Under the pieces are notes generated by a model. That model saw only the letters and a list, made by a program, of their open reading frames with translations. It was not told the DNA's origin and searched no databases. From positions 124,001-188,000 of the forward strand of contig CAXHJY010001530.1 in assembly GCA_964016885.1 (NCBI GenBank): DNA of 64,000 bases. The letters are read 5' to 3'. The stretch's first letter is position 1. The number at the start of each line of letters is the position of its first letter. Source of the DNA: Eledone cirrhosa (Eukaryota). Below, in pieces: positions 1 to 13,702 of the stretch. A program made the translations under genes and the position numbers.

Positions 1-3000
1 GTTTTGTGAACCTGTTTGGATGGCCTTTGGTTTATTTTTGAATTTTTTCATTGTATTTCACTTTTAAAAATCAAAATATTGTAGAAGTAAAGAAATTAAA
101 AATTTGTTTTATTTAAATTTTTGTTAAATTTGATGCATCACAGTGTTTTGGGAGGTTCTCACAAACCAATTTAAAACCCATATTATTCTAACTGGAATGA
201 CAGTGAGATGGAAATTCCAAGGATTCAGTTGCCTGACTTCTATTAACATCTCTGAGAAATTATTTGAAAATGAGAAATTGTCATTAAACTATTGTGGACA
301 CTAACTCTTACTTCGAAGCCATAAAGTCTGTTGCTTCTGTGTTTTAGCTAAACAAGAATTATGGGTAACAGAATGTCTACACAAAAGCAAGGAATCTCAA
401 AGCATCATTTCATGTCAGCTAACACTTAATATTTGTGACTTTTGTCTTTTTTTCTTTTTTTGTTACAAGCAGAAAAAGCGGACGTAAAATGATGATGATG
501 TATTGTTTGAAAAAGGTCTAAGATCATATTTTATAAAAACTAAAATGAAATTTACTCAGTCATTGTTTTATTAAATACCACATTTCTATATTATTAAACT
601 TTCTACTCATTACACATGTGTCTGTGTGTTTATATATGTGCCACAGCCATATCATTCCTTCTAGAAATGGTGAATTTACAGAGGTGGTAGAGTATACTTG
701 CTCATAGTGTGATGTAGCATGATTGAATTTGGAACTACACAGTTGCACATCAAACGTCTCAAGCATTCATCCATCCCAGCACCCATAAATATATATTGAT
801 CTTAGAACTGTGAATTTAACACTTAGACAGCTGTGACTATCATTAAGTATATAAGTAATCAACTGTATTATATTCATAATTATTTTAACACCTGCTTTTT
901 ACATGATAACATATTTTATTGTAGTACAGCATACTTTACTCTGAAGACAGGCTGGCAAAATATAATGAATGTTGGAGTGATTATATATGAATGAGTTTTC
1001 ATTAGAAATAATTATTAACAAATGTAAGGATATATTAATGTACCAATTTCTTGGTCTTGGAATAAATATAAATATAATTAGATTATAAATGTAACTGATT
1101 GCACCTTAACCTCAGTATTTTAAGACTATGATGTAGTTACAAATGTCAAACATTAATCTCTCCACTCTCTACAAAAGAAGATAGCTTGTTGAAATATCTA
1201 TGAAATGAAAACAACATAGATACAATGGAATAAAAAATATATGGCTTGTCATTAAAATATAAAGCTAATACATTATTGCTAACATGAACCAGCTATCATA
1301 GACTAAAATGTATTAGAGAAAAATATTTTTTAAGAAATCATGAAATAAAAATTACACAAAAATAAATAAAGAAAAAGAAGACATATTTCTAAATTTTAAA
1401 CATATAGAAATTAAATAAAAAATAAATAAAAACGAGATATTAGAACTAATGAATACTAAACTTTTGTTGAATTCCTTATATAATTTGATTCGCTTTGTTT
1501 TTTTATATTTTATTATGTCTTTACCTTTTAGGATCTTAATCTCTTCTTACAATCAAGCAAGAGGCTATATTTATTCAGCGACCAGTGTTACAATATGTAA
1601 ATACCTACAGACAACTGCTTTCCTGCAATTTTACCTTTAAGCAGTAAGTTGATACATTTGATAAATGATCTTTTATTTCTTAATTATGCACTCAACCTTT
1701 CTTCCAGCAGTACAAATGCTATTTGCTTTAAGCTCTGAAATCAATACTTGCATTATTGATGATGTTTTTAGAACTTGCTATTAGTTGTTTAGCAATCTAA
1801 TTAGCTGCAGCTATCATCCATCAAGTGCAAGCGAAATTCAATTAACATTATTAGAACAAAGGCAAAAGTTGTTTTAATTTTATATTTTATTATACTGAGA
1901 TAAAATTCGCTTGTATTTCCATTAATTACAAAATTTATGTTATCCAAAACTTATATAATATTTCCATGTGTCAGATATATGCTTATAATCATGGATCGTC
2001 TCCAGAATACTTGCTAAAGGTGCCTAAAATTGAGTTACTGGTGTCATGTCTTTCATAGCTAATATTAGATCTCTTAATGGAAGTCTATATTCATAAATAT
2101 ATATTGATATGAATTACATATTATTCCATACTTATATATTTAAGAATAATCTAAATTAGAAAATCTATTAAATTTGAAGAAATTAAAAAGTAAGAGCATA
2201 TATTATTTAGTTAAACTAAATTACTTAAAGCTGGTTTCAAATTGCTTGTACCAGAGAGTGTAATCTGATTGGTTTTGAGTAAATTATGATTAACTGTAAC
2301 CTTCTTGGATGACTTCCCATTAGATTTTTGCAATTCTACTAAAAGTTGTAAAACTAGAAAGTAGCTTTCCTATCATCTGATGCATACCAAAATAGATTAG
2401 CAATTTCCGTATTAGACACTATTTTCATTATGTACGATATATTTTCCAGCTAACATACTTTGATGAGTTCTAGTGTTGTGTCTAATATTAGAGGTTATTT
2501 ATAAAAACAATTACAAGGTCCTGCATTAAAATGTAAAAAAAGAAAAAGCTGTCAGCAGAAGTTTCTTTCATGTACATAGAATATATCAAATCACCTTCTG
2601 GATCGATTTTGCTCTCTAAAATTAGCATCCTAATAGAATTGTATTCATTGGTTGCACATATAAGTACTTGTGAAGATAAGAAAAACTTTAAGACAAAATA
2701 ATTGATAGCTAATTTGTCACACTAGCTAATTGCCAAAAAGCCCCAAGTAATTTCCCATAGGAAATATTTGAGGAAAACCTTGAAATGTTTCCATTGAAAG
2801 TTTATGAGGCAAGTTGTTTGTCATTTAGTATCTTGTTCATCAATTCTTATAATTAATGTCATGTTCTGCTAAAAGAAAAAAAAAAGGCAAACGTATGCAC
2901 ACATAATTGAACAAACTAAAACACATTCATACAATCTAGATTTAGGCTTTGTAATATAGGGAAAATTAATTAAGCAGTACTGCATGTAATTAATGAGTTT

Positions 3001-3199
3001 AGTTAATGAAGTTGTTGACACAACTGAGAACCAGTCATGTTAATAAGTTTGAACGTACATTGATCAACACAACTTAATCTAATATTTTATATATTTAGGT
3101 ATAATACTATAGATTGAATGAAATCATAGTTTTTATAAAACCTAATTAAGAGACCTTTTGTTGATAATTTGAGATTCTTTTCCTTTCCTGTCAACATAG

Positions 3200-3250
3200 A
3201 AAGATGGACATTGCAGGATGATGGAGAAGATGATGATGATGCTACTTAAG
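3200..3250 (+). other. Candidate 51-nt host exon (unverified)
   Basis: Pyrimidine tract ttctttcctttcctgtcaacatAG upstream and AAG|GTAAAT donor downstream; one frame reads RWTLQDDGEDDDDAT-stop. No partner exons identified. Confidence 0.3.
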
Positions 3251-3639
3251 GTAAATGCAGTCAGTTATTGTCCTTATCTTTTTTCCATATTTAACATAAA
3301 ATGAAATTTCTTTCTTAATGGTAAGAATTCCAGTGTCTGTTAAAGTTATGATTTAATTTGTGATAAATGGTGGTAAGCTCTTATTTGCTATAAAGTAAAT
3401 ACTTCTTGCTTTGTATCACTTGTTTTTATTATTTTTTAAATTCAATTGCAATAAAAATGAACTTTGATTTTCATCACATGGTAAATTGTTGTTGTTGTTT
3501 AGAACCAGGTTAACCCTTATCAAAGAGAACTACGATCAAAAGTATTCCATAATTATCTCATCTTTTCATATGTCTAGGAAGGCATTATCTAACGTGGTCT
3601 TCATATTTTAAGAGTAAAGTTATGATTTGGGGGTAATTT

Positions 3640-4892
3640 TCTAGCTGAGGCTGAGGTCATAAGAACAGTTAAAGAGCGCGAATGTGACAAGGCCATGGGG
3701 GAAGATGAAATCCGGGCTGAGATGTCAAATGCCTTGAATAAAGAACATTCTCTGGCGGATCTGTGTGTGCTGGGTGGCCTGGATCTCTGGAAAGGCATCT
3801 AAGCAATGACAATTAAGAGTGATAATCCCAATTTTTAAAAAGAGAGGGAAGAGAGATTGTTTCAGCTACAGAGGGATGTCCTTGATAAGCCCCCACGGTA
3901 AAGTCTATGTTAAGTGTCTGGTAAAGAGATGCCGGAAGATTGTCAAGTCCAAGCTAGCTGACAAACAGTGTGGTTTTCGCCGCAAGTATTCGAGAAATTG
4001 TGGGAATATTGCTGAGAAGAATATTCTGGTTTTGTTGACCTTGAAAAGGCATATGATAACATTGCTGAGGACCTGCTGTGGAAGTATGCAGGAGTATGGG
4101 ATTGATGGTAAACTTCTTGCTGCCCTGATGTCCATATACGAATGCTCAAGTATTTATGTTCGGATAAATAGTGCTAAATCGGAACCATTCAATGTGGGAG
4201 TCGGACTCTACCAAAGGTGTGTACTGTCACCTCTCCTGTTCATTATTTACATGAACAGGATTGACATGCACAGTACACTCTACATGTGAATGGAGTTCTG
4301 AAAAAGATAGAGAAGTTCAAATATCTCAGGGCCTTGTTCATGAGTGATGCAAGGCAGGAGGCTGAATTAAGTGCAAAAATTGCAGGAGCTGGTGCATTAA
4401 TGTGCCGGCTCCGGTATTCAGTAATCGGAAAAAGGGTGGGTGGTAGGCATAAAAACCAAACTTGCTATCTTCATTTGGTATTCATGCCAACCCTTACCTA
4501 TGGTCATGAATCTAGTGTAATGACTAAAAGAATATGATTGTGAATACAAACGGCCGAAATGGGATTCCTCTGAAGAGTCTTTGGAGTAATGTTACTTGAT
4601 AAAGTGCATAGCACAGAGATCAGAGAGTAACTCCACTACTTCTCTGAATTGAGAGATCAGTGGTTAGAATGTCTCAGGAAAGAAACTGAGGACAGATTTT
4701 ATGGGCAAAACCAACCGGCAAGAGAATCAGGGGTAGACCCTGAGCAAGATGGTTGCATAACATCCATGAGCTTGGGGATCCAGCTGGATTAGTTGGAGAT
4801 GGTTACTTCTGACAAGACCTGCTGAAAGGAATGTTTGAGGACCCTGCCCCCATGACCCTCTCAGGAATAAGTGGGCGAAGAAGAAGAAGAAG
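3640..4892 (+). mobile_element. Decayed RTE-clade LINE (RT C-terminal half and 3' end)
   Basis: Frameshifted fragments IIPIFKK..YRGMSLIS, QCGFR, GVGLYQRCVLSPLLFIIYM, FKYL, PTLTYGHES; ends in a (GAA)n tail. Confidence 0.85.
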
Positions 4893-4989
4893 TGAGCTTG
4901 TGGAGGCTCTCTCAAGATATGCCTCTATAATAATGGTCTCAATATGATTAAGAGCCTCTATTTTACTCTATTTTTTATTTTCTCTGAGT

Positions 4990-5980
4990 GAACATGTCTG
5001 TTCTTGTACCTCTACCATTAGCCTATTTTTATAGAGTTCAGCATAGAAGTTGAGATAGATCATGATTTTATACTTTGTGTTCATCACATAAGGTAAAATC
5101 TATGAATTTCTAGATGTATCTATCTGGTATAAAGATTTGTTAATATCAATAAGTTGGCCATATCTTTTTGTTAAGATTCATTAACATCAATAAGGTAAAG
5201 CTGGACAATCTTTTTCTGTGTAGAGAGTAGAAATGAAATAGTATGAATTATAAAGCAATAATGTTTTACCTTATAATGTTGTAATCATCATCATCATCAT
5301 TGTTTAACGTCCATCTTCCACACTAGCATGGATTGAACCAAATGAATCATAGAAAACAACACAAGTATAATTTTAAATATTTTCCTGGAATTATCAACTT
5401 CTTCTTTACTTGCATAAATGACTAGTTCCATTTCATCAAGATAAGGCTGCAAAAAAAGATGTTGGACTTTACCTTTATGGCAACAGTGTCGAGACTCATG
5501 TTTGAGTCTCAAAGCATCATAATGAGAACAGAATCTGTACATTTCTCTGATATTGTGCAGTTCAATTGTAGCATGGTTATCTATGGTATTATAGGAGTAT
5601 CAAATAGTCATGACTTTAGTTTTCTTATTTGAAAATTTAATTAAGCAACTGTTCTCTGTTCCCATTTTCTTGTTGGTTTTGAAAACGTTCTCAAAGTTCT
5701 ATCTGATATTTAACTTGCTGTTTGTTATGTTATTTCATTGTATTTCTTTTCTCTCTCAATGTTGTTACATATAATAAATTCACTGTTCACAGCAATGTTC
5801 TCTCTTTATATTTGTTGATTTTCATTTTGGTACTGCAGATATCTTGCCCTTTCATACTCAGTTATGTTAGCTCTTCTTATCCATTGGAGCTGTCATTAAC
5901 CATCTTGTATTTCAAATTTCCTTTCCTCATCTTTGGTCACTATTGTTTCATTCTTTCTCTTGTTATTTCTGAGTTTTGAT
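4990..5980 (-). mobile_element. Decayed Helitron fragment (N-terminal Zn-finger region of RepHel)
   Basis: ORF 5297..5542 CSHYDAL..E..HCCHKGKV matches the Helitron CxxCxA..E..CCxxGKV motif; downstream remnants YCFIIH, RYGQL, NFYAELYK. Interrupted by an RTE-type tail at 5285..5340. Confidence 0.6.
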
Positions 5981-8274
5981 ATTTTTCCATTGTGAAGTTC
6001 GTTTAAAACTGAAGTGGTTATAATGTCTGTACTGCAAACATTTTATGTACATAAACTTAATTTTGTACCATACTATTCCAATTTCTATCAAATTCACTGA
6101 AAGAATGTTTGTAATACAGGGGTTATATTGTATTCATGAACTGCATACTAAAGATAAATAAAATATTCTTCTTAATCTAGTTGTTAAGTCCCAAGTCTAG
6201 GATCAAAGGCGCTTCTCCTTTTTAAAACAGTTGGATGTGGATTGAAAGAGATTTGGTTGTTATTTCTAGCCAGTAGAGTGACCACATGGGTCTTTCCTTG
6301 TTGTGAGGATAAACAAGGTCAGATGTCTCAGATAATAGATTTCTATAAAGAAGTAAAAAGTGTGTTAGCTGGCTTCATTCACACACATCAAACAGAATTC
6401 TCATTTCTTCAACCTATAATCAAAAGTATTCTAGCCAGGACCATTTATTATTTTAGGTACAGTATATGTAGGACTTGCACTATACAATATATTCTTCCTC
6501 TTCTAAGATAGTAGAGAGAGATTTAGTTTCAATGTATAGCTGGTCAAAAAAGCAGAGGCTTTCTTGTTAGATTATTTCTAACTAGGTATTTTGTTTAACT
6601 TTAATTCAGCTCTTACAGAGCAGAGCTATACTCAAAAGTATTCAAGTCATGACCATCTCATATTTTATTCAAGCATTATATATTTAGGTATACATTTTCC
6701 AACAACTCTCTTCATTTTCAAAATGGTAGGGAGTAATTTTGGTGAGATTTGGCTGCTATTTCTAGTAGATGGAATAACTTTATAGAGGTTGTCTCATTAT
6801 TGCAGAATATTGTGGTTAATTATCTGTTTGCAATAACAGTTAGAATTCTGGTTCATGAGAGCCTCATTAAGCTGTAGTAGGACATATATTTTCATCTTCT
6901 AAACATCACACTTTTCATATATGTGTACATGCATTATTCTCATTTATTAGAGAATATATGCAAATCATTATGGTTGTAAGATGCTTTATTAAGATAAAGA
7001 AAAATGTATAATTGTCTACGGAATTAATCAAATCTTCTTCAGAATGAAACATGCGCGAAATATGGCATCTTAGGTAAAGAAATGCTTAGGACTTCAAGTA
7101 GATGAAACTTGTGGAAGGAGATGACTATGGTAGACATGAAAAGACATAGTGAAGGCTGATTTCAGAATGATGAACCTCACAAAGGAAATGATGATGGACA
7201 ATAACAAGTGTAACATACTGTGTTAGAGAATAACTGTCCAACTCATACATGCATGAAGAAATGGCTGGCAAATGGAAATGCTAACGATGGCAATAAATAT
7301 ACTTAAATGACAAATGATGCTAAAAGTGAATAAGTATAACTTGATTTCTTCACCAATATATATATTTTATCTATTCATTTCATGTGTTTAAATTTTAACT
7401 ATTTGATAGCTTATAGGCCATTTTCATTTTTTATCAAAGTATTTCAGCCATTACAAAATAGTAAATAATAATCAAAATAATTGTCAATAATGATTATAAA
7501 TTCAATATTATTAACTTCATTAATATCACATGAAAGATTATCTATTCTAAATAGAATTTAAATAATCAACCAAAACTTTTAACAGGAAATGTTGCATTTC
7601 TTTTCTTATTTATTTTCCTTTCACTTCCTACTTCCTAAATAATAATTTAATAACATTTAAAAATATTGGGTTCCTACATTTGAATGTTTATCTTATTTCA
7701 TTTAAGTATTATCGTTTATATTATAAAAATATTTATTTTGTATTTAAAAATTGTCATATAAATATATATTTTATTACATAAATAGTTATTATATAATCTA
7801 AAACTATTCTACTACACTTGAATATCAATTTATCATAGATAGATATCAAATTTAAGATACTTAAATATTAAATTTTCAATTATTGATTTCCTTTAATATC
7901 TTTTCTTTCTAATTATTTGTAATACTTTATTAAAGAGTTTCTGAAAAATTAAATGAATTTTCTTTTCTATTCTTTCTTTTCCATCTTGTGTTTAAATCTC
8001 TACTTAAGCACAATCTTTATTTCTAATCAATTTTTGCTAGTTGAGTGCTTATTCATCCTTTACTTGTTTTGCTTCTGCTTGTAATCCCCCTTGTTTGCTT
8101 CTATGTATTCTATTAATCTTCTTGGCAGCACATTATAAGATTCTTTTCACAATTCCCAACGTACCTCTATCGCCATAATTTCTAAGTGAGTTGTGTATGT
8201 TATATACAACAGTTTTATACCTCCAATGATTTCTTCATATAATAGTCATAATGATGATGATGATGATGATGATA

Positions 8275-8880
8275 AAATTAATGAATAGGAATTTGGCTTT
8301 AAAAAAGTGTGAGATGCCACTACTGAAGCAAGGTTGAATTGATAAGATGGAATGAATTGTATTACCAGACAGGTAAATTATGAAGGAAGTTGATGACAAC
8401 AGGTATAAGTACTTAGGCATCCTGGAAACAGACCAAGTGAAAGAGAAGGAAATGAAAGAACTATTATGAAAGGAAATATGGAAACTGAAATTGATGTTAA
8501 AGACAAAGTTAAGTGTTAGGAATAAGATAGTGGCTATCAACACATGGGCTCTTGCAGTTCTAAGGTATAGCTTATGTGTGATAGAATGGAGAAATAATGA
8601 AATTAAGGAGCTTGATAGAAAGACCAGGAAAATAATGGCACTACAAGGGGCTCTACACCCCAAAAGTCAGATAGTATCTATCACAACAGAGAGGTCTCAT
8701 TAGAATTCAAAGGAGAGATAATGGCAGGAGTATGATAGATAAAGGTCCTAAGCAATGATGAAACAAAGGATATGAAAGAATTTAAACAAGACAAACAGAA
8801 TAACACCTGGTGTTTTCTCATAGGAAATCCTAAGAATTCGTCAGAGGCTGCATAGGTGGCACTTTCCAAGAAGCCTCTAT
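8275..8880 (+). mobile_element. R4/Dong-like non-LTR retrotransposon fragment
   Basis: YKYLGILE, followed by KLSVRNKIVAINTWALAVLRYS..W..EIKELDRKTRK..GALHPKS, the typical post-RT region of the R4 clade. Confidence 0.7.
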
Positions 8881-8959
8881 CTTAGAAATCTGGACAGAGC
8901 TGAGGGATAAGTCACATTTTTCAGAAAGTTCCAGCCTCCTATCAGTGGATTTCAAAGCA

Positions 8960-9735
8960 CTCACATCAGCTATGGATGAGATAGGTGGCTTTTAAAGACA
9001 CCATTTACGGAGAACATTAAATGAATCCTTATTGCACAGTAGTGCATGATCCGAGAGATAGCAATAACATTGAAAAGAGCATTCCATTTTGAAATCTTTT
9101 AAGTCATGCATGCCCCTATGATGACATAGTCAATCATGTGCCAATCCATGGATCTAAGATGGATCCATGTTGTCTTAAGTTTGCAAGTTGTTGAAGAATC
9201 TGTTAGCAATGCTAAGATCAAATTCCTTGCAGAATGAAAGCAGCAAAGCCCATTTGAGTTAATCACTCTGACTCCATTAAATACGGGGATTTTATGCCAT
9301 GTTTGACAGTAATTGCCAACTCTAGTATTGAAATCTCCCATTATGATGAGCTTGTTATTGTAGGAAACAGGGGAGACCACTGTGTGAAGCTGGTCATATA
9401 TTTCAATATCCTGCTCAGATGACTAGAGAGTTGGGGCTTAACAGCTCAGTAGCATAATAGAGGTGTTGTTTTCTAGATCCAGAGAAAGACTCATGATATG
9501 ATGTTAGAGATTTAGCTATGTCAGATCAGATGATAAAATCATCACCAGATTAATGGTAGTCTTCTTCACTTTTTCTGGACCAGAAGGCTGTGTACCCTTC
9601 TCTGACTTCTTCCATTTGGGATGTCCCAGCGAGTTGGGTTTTACTTATGGCACAGATGTAAATATTATATCTATTGAGTGCATTGCAGTTGAGGGCTGAT
9701 CACTCCAGATTTTTAACTGCTGTACCAGAGTTTTC
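8960..9735 (-). mobile_element. RTE/BovB-like LINE, APE endonuclease fragment
   Basis: LIIMGDFNTRVG, NSNGL, TTWIH.RS..WHMIDYVI (ORF 9099..9380). Confidence 0.75.
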
Positions 9736-10484
9736 GACCATTCTATGAGCTAAATATTAAATACATTTTTTTTTTTACTACACATTTAGATAACCAGACA
9801 GCTGTATCTGACTGATACTAATTTTATGAAACCTTGATGGATCCCAGGCAATGAAGGATTTGAACACAGAAACTTAAACAGGCATTTATTTGACTATTTA
9901 TGATTTATGTTAGTCCACCAACATTCACCACCTTGATATTAAGAAAGCAGTCAGCAAGAGAGAAAAGATAAATAAAAATTTCTCTAAACATTTATGCAAA
10001 TAAATGTCTAAATCTCACATTAATTCAATCACAGTTACATGAAAAAATTATATTTACACAAATTGAATTAGAAAATAATGTTTCATATGTCAGTTTCTAA
10101 GTAGATAATTGCTCTACGCCACTAAATGAATGATGTAATGAGATTTTGAGGTAGACACTATTTAGTATTATTAAGATATTGTGTGTTTCAAATCATTTTA
10201 AGGTTCCCAAGGAAGCATTAAGAAAATAATTTTTAGTTTATTATATCAATGAAAGCACTGTTTATTTGACATACCTAAAACAAATCTAATTTACTTAACT
10301 CTCATGCTGGCAATTATATATTTGTCTTTATTATATGAAACCAAATTAGGATGACATCATATATGAGTACTAGGTGCATGTGACTATTATGTAGTAAATT
10401 ATGAATTTGAAAATATTAGTAAGTTAGCAATTTCTTTTGTCATGGCAAGGAGGCGTGGCCATTCCCAATGGATGCATGGATGGC

Positions 10485-10630
10485 AATATGTTTAAGAAGT
10501 GTGCATCACATCTATAATATTGTGGGTTTGATACCACAGTGCTGCACCATTGGCATCTTCTAATACAGCCTCATGCCAATCAACGTCTCATGATTGAAAT
10601 TTGTTAGGCAGAAACTGATTGCAAGTCCAT
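10485..10630 (+). mobile_element. Old tRNA-derived SINE (related copies at ~12445..12580 + and ~23905..24060 -)
   Basis: Shared layout ggttaaga..gggttt/gttc (B box)..tagcc..gaaactg across three dispersed copies; resembles common octopus SINEs (from recall). Confidence 0.5.
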
Positions 10631-10947
10631 TGCAGGAATTGTTCCTCTTTTAGACTAGCAGAGATAATATGTCATCCAGTTGCATACATTTAAACAGTTC
10701 TCTAATGTGAGGATAAGTTTCTTCCTTCCATCTATCAATCAGCTAGGACCTTAAAAGTGTCATGAATGCTTCTAAATATTTTAATGACTATGTCATTAAA
10801 ATATTTAGAAGTCACATTTAACAAGACAAAGCAATAGTTGATTGAATTAACCTCATTGTATTTATTTGTAGATATTTTATTAAAATTGTAGAAATTAGAA
10901 GATAGAATATAAAGGGATGAAATGTGATAATTTAAGCTATTTCGTTA

Positions 10948-11180
10948 AACATGATACTGTTACTGTCAAGTTACCACACTATATATTTTTTCAAGCATGA
11001 GACTGCTACTGTCAAGTTATCACACTCTATATGTTTTGTCAAGCATGATATTGTTACTGTTACCACCCTCTATATGTTTTGTCAAGTTACCTCTCTCTAT
11101 ATAAAGGGATAATATTTGATAATTTAAGGCACTTTGTCAAGCATGATACTATTACTGTCAACGTACCACTCTCTATATGA
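10948..11180. repeat. Degenerate ~40-bp minisatellite
   Basis: About five units of agcatgatactgttactgtcaagttaccacactctatat. Confidence 0.75.
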
Positions 11181-11339
11181 AAATTTATTGAAAAGCCATC
11201 ACACATGACAAATCATCATATTCAATATAGGCAATTTAACAATCAAAATTCAATATCATAATATTCCTATTTTCCATTTTTATGGTTCAGAATAAAAATG
11301 AAAATAATTAAATATAATATTTTGTAGTATTTAAAAATG

Positions 11340-11881
11340 GCCTGTAGTATATAATTGTTTCTACTTTTGGCACAAGGCCAGCAATTATCCAGTACATTAC
11401 TGGTACTTTATTTTATCGACGCCCGTAAGGATGAAAGGCAAAGTTAACCTTGGTGGGATTTGAACTCAGATCGTAAAGGGACGTAACTATGCTGGAAAGC
11501 ATGTCCGACCCTCTATCGATTCTGCCAATCCACCACATAATGCATGCATGCATGGTTCCATAACTTCTGGGAGATTTGTAAGAGTGTTTGTATTGGCATA
11601 CAGCATTTCTAGAGTATATTTCAAACTGGTTGAGCCCATTTCCTCTCCAGGCATGAATACAGCAGATTTCTTCAAGAGAAGGATGGAAAGTGAAAGAATG
11701 AAATTTAGAAAGAGATATAGAGGAAGAATTGATCCCAATACTAGATGGGTACTTTTGTTATCAACCTGGAATGGATGAAAGGCAAAGTTGACCTTATGGG
11801 GATTTAAACTCAGTGAATAGAGAGCTGAAGTGATTACTGCAAAGCATTCCATCTGCCAACTCAGTGCCTGTAGTATATAAT
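11340..11881 (-). mobile_element. Composite SINE insertion (old SINE, spacer, young SINE) bounded by a 16-bp TSD
   Basis: gcctgtagtatataat at 11340..11355 and 11866..11881; young SINE 11356..11535, diverged SINE ~11740..11865. Confidence 0.8.
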
Positions 11882-12918
11882 ATGTAACATCAAATATGAT
11901 AACAAGATATCTCGTAAAAACAGAAAGTGAAATGCAAGTTTTATCCTATGAGGTTTAAATCTATATTATCCTTATTGTGGTTAGATTTGTGGTTATAAAA
12001 TGTCCTACTTGTGATGTGACCAATACTCTCATTAATATTACTGACATGGCTACATGATATATCCTTAGTATTGAAAAGTTTAAGTATTATTTCATACATT
12101 CTTTAAAGGGTGTGATAGATTTTGTTTATGATGACACCCATTGTGAAGGATGATATCAGTATTTATAAAAGATGATAGACATATAATCAAACTGTCAATA
12201 TCAACTTTTAAGGAAATACTTTTAAGACATTTAAGGTTAATGTTTGAAGCATTTCAATACACTTTTGTTTAGAATTTATTACATACTTAATCTGTATGTC
12301 AAGTTAAAATACTCTCTGTAATTATTCAGCTTTAGTAAAAGTAGAATCATTGATTATATGATATTTTGTGCCCCAGAGGGAATTCTGAGTTTGAAAAAGT
12401 CTATTCTTTCTATAAGTGACATTAGAACAAATTAGAATTCAGTGAAATGGTTAGGTTTGGCTTGCACTCACAACTTCTGGTGTTCAAGCTCATAGGGCAT
12501 TTGAGCCATGTATTTTTGCCATAGCCTTAATTCATCACAAACCTTGTATGTAAAATTGGATTGATGGAAACTGAAAGCAAAAGATCAGTTCATTCATGAA
12601 CTGTCATGTGGATTAATGCTGAGAAGTATGTTAAGCATACATATGACTAGAAAAATGTTGCCCCTTGCTAGATAATTCAATTAGTAGACTGTCCTAATGA
12701 TTGAACTATTGGAACAACAATTGGCAATCCATTTTTACTTTCTGGTAATTGTGTTGGCTATCTTAGAAACTACTGTTATTTAAAATATATATTTTTTGTT
12801 TACTAAAACTATTATCGATAAAATAAATTATCAGTAACACACTGTGGTCGATTTAATCGACTTTCCCCTCCTCTAAAATTACTGGCCTTGTGTTTCTATT
12901 AGAAACAATTATTATTAG

Positions 12919-13593
12919 CATGGAAGTGCTGTCAGAATGACCTGCTCGAGATGTGTGCAGAGCGACAAAACCGTTCTGCACATACTCGTCCAGTGTCCAT
13001 GCAATACTTACTTGTGGAGTTATGTCGAACAGCTGTTGTCGCATGTAGAACAGATCCGGCTATCAACTGGGTCCATAGTGAAGATTGACCCACCCCTTCT
13101 TTTGGCTGGGAAGGGCAGGCAATTTTCCTCCATCTGGTGGTGGGAGTGAAAGAAGTTGTGTGGGGGCCCAGGTTGAGAGGACTGAAGACAGACACTTTTC
13201 TGTTCGGCCAATCCCTCAACTTTTTCAAGTTTCACTTGGAAAGGAAGGTGAGGGTGAAGAGAGAAGTGCTTCCCCCCAGTACATTTGCTAAAAGATGGGT
13301 AAATATAACGAATGGGCCTACTCTGAGCATGCACCAGTAGGCTGACTAATTTGCAGAAAGGGGTATCCTTCCTGGGTGCCCTCAAAGCATTGGTTGGTTC
13401 AGGTTTGGTGGGATACCTGAGTTGACCCTGGGTGGTTATCCCCCCTATTGGGGAATTTTCATTGTTGTATTTTTCTTGTTATTTATATTTTTTATACATT
13501 ATATATGTAAACCCTCACTCTCTCTGTCCATTGTATTGTCCCCTATATGTAGGCCCTTGTGGCTAATAAATTATTATTATTGTTGTTGTTGTT
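12919..13593 (+). mobile_element. Tx1/L1-like LINE 3' end
   Basis: C-terminal zinc knuckle CSRC..DKTVLHILVQCP, then F..RW, 3' UTR, AATAAA and an (att/gtt)n tail. Confidence 0.7.
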
Positions 13594-13702
13594 AACTAAA
13601 TAGGGTACCACGCAGCTCATGAATCGATGAAGAGTGCCCCCTCCCCCATGACCTGATGTAAATTGCAGGAATCGGCGAACATTAACACTTTGAATACACA
13701 TT
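13594..13702 (+). pseudogene. 5.8S rRNA-like pseudogene fragment
   Basis: gctcatgaaTCGATGAAGAgtgc ... tgATGTaAATTGCAGGA ... GAACATtaACACTTTGAAtaCACATT is colinear with the conserved eukaryotic 5.8S blocks. Confidence 0.75.

Noticed and set aside
930-985. ctgaaga..aaaa hammerhead-like text
   Set aside because: No GAAA box and no convincing stems.
10948-11180. CRISPR-like periodic repeats
   Set aside because: No unique spacers, eukaryotic context, no cas genes; it is a minisatellite.
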